From Candidatus Aminicenantes bacterium (GTDB taxonomy: Bacteria; Acidobacteriota; Aminicenantia; Aminicenantales; JAFGBC01): 64,000 nucleotides of DNA. The translations under genes and the position numbers were made by a program. Location: positions 1,024,001 to 1,088,000 of the forward strand of contig OY969696.1 of NCBI GenBank assembly GCA_963702005.1, in the 5' to 3' direction. This document shows, one piece after another, positions 57,182-64,000 of this stretch; the stretch's first letter is position 1; the number at the start of each line of letters is the position of its first letter. The notes beneath the pieces are model-generated. The model ran no database searches. It worked only from the letters and a program-made list of their open reading frames with translations, and was not told the DNA's origin.

Positions 57182-57262
57182 ATCGTGTTTCCTCCAGCGG
57201 ATATACAGCAAGGCCCGTGCCATCGTTCTTGCCTGTCAATCGTCCATGGCACGTAAACATAC

Positions 57263-57369
57263 TTACTAAGCCGGGCAGAAAATACCTGACTCCCTATTTC
57301 TTTGTCGCCCGGCTAGTACTCGGGGAGCAGCAAGGATTATGCAAAATATATACTGCTCCCCGTAGTAAC
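57263..57369. repeat. 107-bp double-hairpin dispersed element, copy 2
   Basis: Inverted copy of 10813-10919. Confidence 0.85.
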
Positions 57370-57445
57370 AGGACCCGTTTCTACGGCGAGGCTCGGGCGC
57401 GCTTGACAGGGCCTTGGGCCGGACGTATTCTCGATTTTTAAGAGC

Positions 57446-58054
57446 ATGATCACGAGACGTGAACGGAGCGCCGGGGCGGCCTTATTCGCCTGCGCCGTCG
57501 TGTACGCTTCCGGGATCGCCGTCGGCCGCGGCTCGGGGCAAGAGCTCCTCGGTCCCCTGACCAAGGAGCAGATTTTGAACGTCCTGCCCGAATGCGGGTT
57601 CGAAAAGGATTCTTACGCTCCGTCTACCGCGGCCCTGGACAGGATCCGCGCGGCCGGAGGCTCGATCCGGATCGAAGCATACTTCGCGCCCTCGGACCTG
57701 GAGCAAGTCAAACAGATCGGCCGTCTGATGAAAGTCCAGGAGGCCGCGTCCGATGCGAACATCGCAATCGACTTCATCGGCCTGTCCAGAGCGAACGATC
57801 CCAGGGCGGCCGGGAAGGCCATCGAGAAGCTTCCTACTTACATCGTCTTTATCGACGGCAGCGAGGGCGGTCGCATCGCCGGAGTCGCCGGCCGGGCTCC
57901 GGAAGAATTCCTCGTATCGCTCCTGCTCCGGCCCGCCGACGATGTCCCCGCGCCGGAGACGGAGGATTCCATCTACGCCGACCGGGATTATTTCCGCGGG
58001 ATTCCCCACGCCCATTTGCCGCTCGATTGCACGCGTTGCCACCTCCCGCGCTGA
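57446..58054 (+). CDS. Secreted thioredoxin-like protein without active-site Cys, with C-terminal CxxCH
   Basis: LLGPLT.E, SYAP, IRIEAYF, IEKLPTYIVFIDGSEGGRI (thioredoxin-like core); ends DCTRCHLPR. Confidence 0.6.
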   Translation: MITRRERSAGAALFACAVVYASGIAVGRGSGQELLGPLTKEQILNVLPECGFEKDSYAPSTAALDRIRAAGGSIRIEAYFAPSDLEQVKQIGRLMKVQEAASDANIAIDFIGLSRANDPRAAGKAIEKLPTYIVFIDGSEGGRIAGVAGRAPEEFLVSLLLRPADDVPAPETEDSIYADRDYFRGIPHAHLPLDCTRCHLPR

Positions 58055-58062
58055 GACGACAC

Positions 58063-59016
58063 ATGACCCGTTCGCCGACGCCGAACCGCGCTTCTCAAGG
58101 CGGGGGTGATCCGCGAGGCTCAGGGTCGATCCTGAACAAGACCCCGCCTTCAGGCCGGGGTGTCGAGGATCTGACGATCCGGACGATGCGCAAGGCGGAC
58201 CTCGATTTCGCGGCCGCGTCGACCGTAATCGAGAACTGGCCGAGCGAAACACGCGAGGCATTCGAAGGCTTCCTCGCCCACGATCCGGACGGCTGCTTCG
58301 TCGCCGAACGGGACGGGCGCCCGGCCGGAATCTGCGTTGCCACCGCCTATGAGAGCTCCGGTTTCATAGGCGAGCTCATCGTCCGCAAGGAAGCGCGGGG
58401 ACGGGGTATCGGACCGCGGCTCTTAGACCATGCCGTCCGCTATTTAAAGGACCGGGGCGCCGCGGCCATCGGCCTCGACGCTGTCGAAAGGGCCGTTCCC
58501 TTCTACGAGAACTCCGGCTTCCGCAAGGTCTGCCGTTCCCTCAGGTTCCTGGGAAAAATCAAAGGCCGGCCGCATCCCGCCTTGAGATCGATGCGCCGGG
58601 AAGACCTGGATGAGATCCGCCGCCTCGACCGGGACGCTTTCGGTGACGACCGGAGCTTTTTCCTGGAGCGCCGACTGATTCTCTATCCTCGATTCGCGAA
58701 GGTCATGGAGCAGGCCGGCCGGATCGAGGGCTTCATCCTGGGCATCCGGGGCCGGGGCCTCGTAGCCGCGGGACCTTGGGTCGTGCGCGCTAATGTCGAA
58801 ACCCCCTTAGCGCTCCTCGAAGGACTGGCTCTCGAGACCGAAGGCCTTCCGATCCGGATAGGACTCCTCGAGACGAACGCGCGTGCGGCCGCGGCGCTGA
58901 ACCTCCTCCCGGGTCTTCAAAGCAGGCAGCCGAGCTGGCGCATGGTCCTGGGAAGCGGCGAACATCTCGGGGACACCCCTCTGTGCTGGGCCGTCGGCTC
59001 TCCGGCCAAGGGCTGA
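58063..59016 (+). CDS. GNAT N-acetyltransferase with second (YitH-like) domain
   Basis: IGELIVRKEARGRGIG..LL, FYENSGF, DRDAFGDDR, GPW. Start is uncertain (58063 or 58186). Confidence 0.85.
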   Translation: MTRSPTPNRASQGGGDPRGSGSILNKTPPSGRGVEDLTIRTMRKADLDFAAASTVIENWPSETREAFEGFLAHDPDGCFVAERDGRPAGICVATAYESSGFIGELIVRKEARGRGIGPRLLDHAVRYLKDRGAAAIGLDAVERAVPFYENSGFRKVCRSLRFLGKIKGRPHPALRSMRREDLDEIRRLDRDAFGDDRSFFLERRLILYPRFAKVMEQAGRIEGFILGIRGRGLVAAGPWVVRANVETPLALLEGLALETEGLPIRIGLLETNARAAAALNLLPGLQSRQPSWRMVLGSGEHLGDTPLCWAVGSPAKG

Positions 59017-59046
59017 GCGAAGGGCCGGCCGACGCTCCGGCTCCTA

Positions 59047-61365
59047 TTACTTTTTCTTTTGGAGCGAGGATTCCAGCTCCCGGCCTTTCCGGGCGCATTC
59101 CTCGGACAGGGCGTCGTTGCCGGTCCGGTTATAGAGGTCCGCGAGCAGAAAATAGCCGAGAGGGAGGTCCGGCTTGTCCGGCTTGAGCTCCAATCCCTTC
59201 TTGACGAGGGCGATCGCTTCTTCATAGTTCTGCCCCCGGTTGAGGTCGATCCGGGCCAGATATAAATAGCTCAGCGGAAATTCCGGATTGGCCTCGACCG
59301 TCTTCTTGAGCGTCTGAAGCTCGTCCTCCTCCCGGTCCATGGTCCGGTAGAGGCGGGACAGGTTGAAAAGCGCTTTGTAGCTTTTCGGCGCGTCCCGGAT
59401 CTCCTGGAGGTAGTAATCGACGGCCTCGGGAAGCCGGTTCTGCTTTTCCCGGAGCTGGGCCATGTTGTAGCGAAGGCTCATCAGCCGGGGGTTGATGGCC
59501 AGGGCGGCCTGGAGGTGTTCCTCGGCCCGGGCGAGGTCGTCCCGGTTGAGATAGATCGCGGCCAGGGCGTTGTGGGCCGAGGCCGATTGGGGATTCTGGG
59601 ACAGGCATTGATCGAAATAGACGATGGCCTTGTCGTAGGCTCTGCGGTGGACGTTGAGGTTGCCCAGCAAGAGGGTCAGCTGGGGATCGCCGAACCCCTT
59701 CTTGATGTGGTCGAGGACGAAGCCCTCGGCCTCGTCGTAGCGACCCATGGCTTGGTAGCTGTTGGCGATGTTGATGACGGCGAAGGAATCGTCCGGCTTG
59801 AGGTCGAGGGCCTTGCCGAAGGCCGCGACGGCCTCCTGGAACCTCCGTTCCTTGTAGAGGATGTTGCCCAGGGCGAAGTGGGCGTCGCTGATGTCAGGGT
59901 CCGCGGCGATGATCTTCTGGATCATCGGAATCGCCTCCGCGGCGTTCCCGCTCAGCCCCATCTCCCGGGCCTTGGAGAGGTCGTTAAAGACGCCGATTTT
60001 ATCCCGCGGATTGGCGAGCCTCTTTCCCTTGAGCTTGGCCGAATCCGAGAAAGAGCCGATGTAGCCGAGGGCGGCCAGCTTCTGACGGGTCTCCTCGTCG
60101 ATCGTGCGGACGTCGACCTCGAAGGCGTTCCGGCCGGCCGCCTCGAGGAAGGCGCCGGCCCGGGCGTTGAGGTCTTCGAAGATGCGCTTCTGGAGGTAGA
60201 CGAGATTTTTGGCTTCGCCGGGGTCCCGGTCGAGGTCGTAAAGCTCGGGGACGGGGGCGATGATGAGCTTGAAACGATTGTCCTGTACGCTTCTAAGCTC
60301 CGACCAGCCGTAATGGTAGCGGGGGTAGAATGTCTCGGAGTAGGCGAGACGGTCTCCGCCGGCCCGGGGGCTGAAGAACGAAGGGACGAGGCTCGTCCCC
60401 TGGACCTCGGGCGGAACCGCGGTCCCGGTCATCTCGCAGACGGTCGGCAGGATATCGGCCAGGCTGACCATGGCCGGAGACACGACCCCCCGGAGCCGCC
60501 GGAACGGCGTGACGATAATGAGCGGGACATGGATCGCGCCCTGATAGACGAAAAAGCCGTGAGTGCCCTCGTCGTGTTCGCCCAGGCTCTCGCCGTGGTC
60601 GGAGGCAAAGACGAGGAACAGGTCATCGAGGAGGGCGGACTGGCCGAGATACGCCCAGAGGCGGGCCAACTGGCTGTCGGCGAAAGCGATCTCGCCGAGG
60701 TAGGGATGGTGGGCGTATTCCGTTTTATAAGGTTCGGGCGGCTCATAGGGCGTGTGGGGGTCGTAGAGGTGGATCCAGGCGAAAAACCGGCCGCCCTTGT
60801 TCGCCTTGAGCCAGGTCAGGGCTTCGTCCATGGTCTCGTTGCCCGGCCTCTGAACCTCGCCCAGGGAGATTTTCTCGAAACGGCTGAGGTCGAACTTGTC
60901 GAAGTAATAATCGAAGCCCTGGTTGAGCCCCCACTTGGAATCGAGGACGTAAGCGGAGACGAAGGCCGCCGTCGCGTAGCCCTTGGCCTTGAAGAGCTCG
61001 GCCAGGGTCGTGAGCTCCGCCGGGACGATGAAGCCGCCGTTGTCGCGGACGCCGTGCCGGGTGGGCAAGGTGCCCGTCATGATCGTCGTGTGGGAGGGAA
61101 GGGTCAAGGGCGTCTGGGACATGCAGCGTTCGAAACGGATGCCGCGGCGAGCCCAGAGGTCCATGGTCGGGGTCTCGACCCGGCTCTTCCCGTAGCAGCC
61201 GACCTTGTCCGCCCGCAGGGTATCAACGGTGATGAGGATGACGTTGAAGTCCTTGCCCGCCCGGAGGCGGCGGAAGTCGGCCCGGCGGAGGAACAGAAAA
61301 GCGCCGACGGCGGCGACGATCAAGGCCGCGGCCAGCGCGGCCGGGAGAACGAAACGGCGTTTCAT
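59047..61365 (-). CDS. Sulfatase-like (alkaline phosphatase superfamily) hydrolase with C-terminal TPRs
   Basis: NVILITVDTLRAD, PLTLPSH, HLYDPH.PY, SDHGE, ELYDL..DPGE, LAALGYI, TPRs. Confidence 0.9.
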   Translation of the reverse strand: MKRRFVLPAALAAALIVAAVGAFLFLRRADFRRLRAGKDFNVILITVDTLRADKVGCYGKSRVETPTMDLWARRGIRFERCMSQTPLTLPSHTTIMTGTLPTRHGVRDNGGFIVPAELTTLAELFKAKGYATAAFVSAYVLDSKWGLNQGFDYYFDKFDLSRFEKISLGEVQRPGNETMDEALTWLKANKGGRFFAWIHLYDPHTPYEPPEPYKTEYAHHPYLGEIAFADSQLARLWAYLGQSALLDDLFLVFASDHGESLGEHDEGTHGFFVYQGAIHVPLIIVTPFRRLRGVVSPAMVSLADILPTVCEMTGTAVPPEVQGTSLVPSFFSPRAGGDRLAYSETFYPRYHYGWSELRSVQDNRFKLIIAPVPELYDLDRDPGEAKNLVYLQKRIFEDLNARAGAFLEAAGRNAFEVDVRTIDEETRQKLAALGYIGSFSDSAKLKGKRLANPRDKIGVFNDLSKAREMGLSGNAAEAIPMIQKIIAADPDISDAHFALGNILYKERRFQEAVAAFGKALDLKPDDSFAVINIANSYQAMGRYDEAEGFVLDHIKKGFGDPQLTLLLGNLNVHRRAYDKAIVYFDQCLSQNPQSASAHNALAAIYLNRDDLARAEEHLQAALAINPRLMSLRYNMAQLREKQNRLPEAVDYYLQEIRDAPKSYKALFNLSRLYRTMDREEDELQTLKKTVEANPEFPLSYLYLARIDLNRGQNYEEAIALVKKGLELKPDKPDLPLGYFLLADLYNRTGNDALSEECARKGRELESSLQKKK

Positions 61366-61396
61366 CGGAACCTATTTTACCACAGCCTTCGCGGAC

Positions 61397-61428
61397 AAAA
61401 AAAAGGGCGGCGGGCCGTCCCGCCGCCC
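61397..61428 (-). terminator. Intrinsic terminator after the TonB-dependent receptor gene
   Basis: Minus strand gggcggcggg-acgg-cccgccgccc followed by T8. Confidence 0.85.
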
Positions 61429-61454
61429 CGTGAGAATCCGCGTTCGCGCGGCCC

Positions 61455-64000
61455 TCAGAACATCAGCCGGAGGCCGAGCCGGGCTCGTCTGGGGAGGTCG
61501 ATCCCGTAGAGCTCGTGCCCGTTGGTGGAGGTGTCGCTGCCGTCAAAATAATAGTCGTAGCCCGCCCGCGTTCCCCAGCTGTAGATCGAGTCGGCGTTGA
61601 ACACGTTGAAAACGTCGAGGATGATCCCCAGCCGGTATTTGGAGGCCAGGGTGAACGTCTTTTCCAGCCTCACATCGAGCTGCTTGTCCATCGGGTAGTG
61701 GTTGGATCCGCGCTGCTCGGCGAAGAAGGTGACCCGGCCTTGGGCCAGCCGGCTCGACCGGACCCGCGTCGTCCAAGCGTCGCCGGAGATGGCGTGGAAG
61801 TAGGCGTTGAAGGAGATGTCGAAGGGCAGGACGTAGGTTCCCTGGATCTTGATCATGTGGGTCGGATCGTTCGTCGAGTGGCCCTCGCCGTTGATGAAGA
61901 AGTTGGGGTTGTAGATGTAGTTGTCGCTCGACAGGGCGCCGTAGCCGATGTCGTCCGAGGAGCCGTTGTCCAGAGTCCCGAAGGCCCGCGAATAGACGTA
62001 GGAGGCGAGGAGCTGCCAGCGGTTCGAGAAGCGTTTGTTGAAGAGGATCTCCAGGCCCCGGTAGTTGCGGTAGACATCCACCGGAATTCCGTTCCGGCCC
62101 TTATAGATGTTTCCGATCCAGAAGTCGTGGGTGTCTCCCGAGGTCAGTTCGTAGATCGTGAAGTTCTTGTCGAGGGCCTTGTTGTAGATATCGACGGGCT
62201 CCCAGGTGGCCAGATTGTCCCACGATCCGACCGGATTTTTCCAGCGGCGGTCGATGTAGGTCACCGAGAGCGAGGTGTCCTTGAAGAGTTCTCGCTCGAC
62301 GCCGAGCGTGAATTGGCTCAGGTAGGGATGCTTGATATTGGCGTCGATCTGCCAGGTTCCGTGGGTGATCCGGTTGTACTCGACCCACTCCGAAGACCCG
62401 AGGTCCCAGTAGTAAGAGATTTTGTCGGAGAATCCGGGGTTGATGCGGTCGAAGAAATACGCGTACATGGCCTCGGTGAACTGGCCGTAGTGGGCCTTGA
62501 GGACCGTGGATTTGTCGCCGAAGACGTCAAAGGTCAATCCGAGGCGGGGCGCGATCCGGTTCGTGTTCCAGGGAGTCCCGGACACACCCGCGACGGTCCC
62601 CCAGTTCTGGCTGAAGCGGGCGCCGATGTTGAGGTTGAGCCGCTGGCTGACCTGCCAGGAATCCTGGGCGAACGCCTCGAGCCGGACGAACCGCGTATCC
62701 AAGTTATAGCCCGCATACTGGGTGGCCAGGTAGTTGCCGGTATAACCATAGTACCAGTAGTCGGTGTAGTACCAGTGATTGGCCCCGGTATAGCCGTAGA
62801 CGTCGCGGACGATCGAGCGCTCGAACTCGGCCCCGAACTTGAATTCGTGGTTGCCCTGGATGAAGTTTTCCGCATAGTGGGTCAGGCTGGCGTTAATCTG
62901 GTAGCGGGTCCGGGGATGGTCGGCGTAGTATCCGGAGCTGAAGTGCCGCTTGTTGCCGCTTCCCGGCAGGCCGGGCGCGTCGCTCTGGAAGAAGTGGCCG
63001 GCGACATCCCGGCCGGACCGCGGCTCCAGGGTGTAGGTGCCGTCGAAGTAAGCGCCCTTGACGTCGAAGAACGTCTGCGGGTTGAAGATGTGGGTCAGGT
63101 TGAAGTTGAGGACCCACTCGGGCCCGGTCTGGTCGACGGTAGCCTCGGGAAGGACCGTGGAGCTTCCGCCGCGGTGGGTGCCGCGATAGTCGTCCCGTTC
63201 GACCGAAAAGGTCAGGTTCGTTTTGGCGGTGAGCTGAGAGGTCAGCTTCAGGAATCCGCGGGGTTGCTTGTAGTCAATGGCTACGGGGAAGCCGGTCGGG
63301 TAGTCCCAGGACCGGTACCACTGCGCCCCGCCATAGAACCAAAGCTTGTCCCGCAGGATGGGTCCGCCCAGCTGGGCATTGCCGTCCATGAGCTTCTCGA
63401 GCGGGGCGGTGATCGCCGGGAAGTCCGTGCTGTAAGTGCTGTTGTTGGTCGTCTGCCACAGCCCCTTCGGGCTGTCGTTTTGTTTGCCCTGGAAGAGGAA
63501 TTCAATATGGCCGGAAAATTCGTTCCCCCCGGACTTCGTGATGAGGTTGAAGATGACGCCCGTGAAACCCCCGTACTCGGCGGGCAAGCCGACGCCCATG
63601 ACCTTGGCTTCCTCGATGATGTTGTGATCGAGGAAGACCCAGGCCGTCCCTCCGGCCGGGTCGCCGACGCCGACTCCATCCATTTGCCAGGAAACGCCCG
63701 TTCCCGAGGACGCTCCGTAGGCGACGTCGTTGTTGACGCCCGGCGCCAGGTTGACGATGTCCGAAGTGAACTGGCTGTAGGGAATATTCCGGAGAATTTC
63801 GTTGCTCAGGGTGACCGATGCCGTTTCCGTCGATTTGACATCGACCGTAGGCGAGGTGGCGATGACGGTGATCTGCTCCGCGACCGTCGCCAGGGTCATG
63901 ACGACATCTACGGTCAGGGTGACCGTCGTCGTCATTCGGATGTTTTCCTGGACGGATGTGGCGAACCCCTGAAGTTCGGCCTTAAGGCTGTAAACGCCCG
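61455..64000 (-). CDS. TonB-dependent receptor (Oar-like), 5'-partial
   Basis: LPAEYGGFTG..NLITKSGGNEFSG, GGPILRDKLWFY, FAQDSWQV, APRLG, D.FNVFN, C-terminal GLRLMF; frame runs off the window end. Confidence 0.93.
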   Translation of the reverse strand, partial: GVYSLKAELQGFATSVQENIRMTTTVTLTVDVVMTLATVAEQITVIATSPTVDVKSTETASVTLSNEILRNIPYSQFTSDIVNLAPGVNNDVAYGASSGTGVSWQMDGVGVGDPAGGTAWVFLDHNIIEEAKVMGVGLPAEYGGFTGVIFNLITKSGGNEFSGHIEFLFQGKQNDSPKGLWQTTNNSTYSTDFPAITAPLEKLMDGNAQLGGPILRDKLWFYGGAQWYRSWDYPTGFPVAIDYKQPRGFLKLTSQLTAKTNLTFSVERDDYRGTHRGGSSTVLPEATVDQTGPEWVLNFNLTHIFNPQTFFDVKGAYFDGTYTLEPRSGRDVAGHFFQSDAPGLPGSGNKRHFSSGYYADHPRTRYQINASLTHYAENFIQGNHEFKFGAEFERSIVRDVYGYTGANHWYYTDYWYYGYTGNYLATQYAGYNLDTRFVRLEAFAQDSWQVSQRLNLNIGARFSQNWGTVAGVSGTPWNTNRIAPRLGLTFDVFGDKSTVLKAHYGQFTEAMYAYFFDRINPGFSDKISYYWDLGSSEWVEYNRITHGTWQIDANIKHPYLSQFTLGVERELFKDTSLSVTYIDRRWKNPVGSWDNLATWEPVDIYNKALDKNFTIYELTSGDTHDFWIGNIYKGRNGIPVDVYRNYRGLEILFNKRFSNRWQLLASYVYSRAFGTLDNGSSDDIGYGALSSDNYIYNPNFFINGEGHSTNDPTHMIKIQGTYVLPFDISFNAYFHAISGDAWTTRVRSSRLAQGRVTFFAEQRGSNHYPMDKQLDVRLEKTFTLASKYRLGIILDVFNVFNADSIYSWGTRAGYDYYFDGSDTSTNGHELYGIDLPRRARLGLRLMF

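Noticed and set aside
56951-57223. 90-aa ORF ending in HHHHL
   Set aside because: Read-through of pseudogene remnants; the His run is simply the antisense of the SBBP gene's TGG TGG TGA end.
14859-61509. Long antisense ORFs (14859-16808, 19006-20880, 25381-27417, 36499-38421, 39230-41569, 59515-61509 and others)
   Set aside because: They lie opposite well-supported genes in high-GC DNA, where antisense frames lack stops; no recognisable motifs or RBS.
1-64000. tRNA, rRNA, tmRNA, prophage, transposase or integrase genes
   Set aside because: No such signatures seen by eye; a tRNAscan/Infernal/HMM run would be needed to exclude small RNAs fully.

Overview
GC-rich bacterial window dominated by secreted and envelope proteins: five paralogous SBBP/beta-propeller proteins, three Ser/Thr kinase-TM-TPR receptors, two GWxTD-type proteins, outer-membrane barrels, glycoside hydrolases, peptidases, a sulfatase-like TPR protein and a partial TonB-dependent receptor. 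It also carries hppA, an NSS transporter, an HD-GYP protein and two toxin-antitoxin-type modules. This gene-family mix suggests Candidatus Aminicenantes (Acidobacteriota), which is an inference. I saw no rRNA, tRNA, CRISPR array, integrase, transposase or reverse transcriptase. The most unusual signals are non-coding. (1) Four co-oriented copies of the 3' end plus terminator of an RRM RNA-binding-protein gene divide 3.2-10.8 kb into unrelated gene blocks. (2) A nucleotidyltransferase-fold gene is bracketed almost exactly by two copies of one palindromic site. (3) Several families of miniature hairpin elements occur, including a 321-bp nested stack flanked by TCAA, a 107-bp double hairpin present twice 46 kb apart, and a three-copy family with compensatory changes. 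(4) The hppA leader can pair over its own RBS. Coding oddities include a probable ATT-initiated MetS-NSS fusion, a thioredoxin-like protein lacking its Cys motif but ending in CxxCH, and several genes collapsed by internal deletion with both ends kept. All family calls come from motif recognition by eye; no searches were run.
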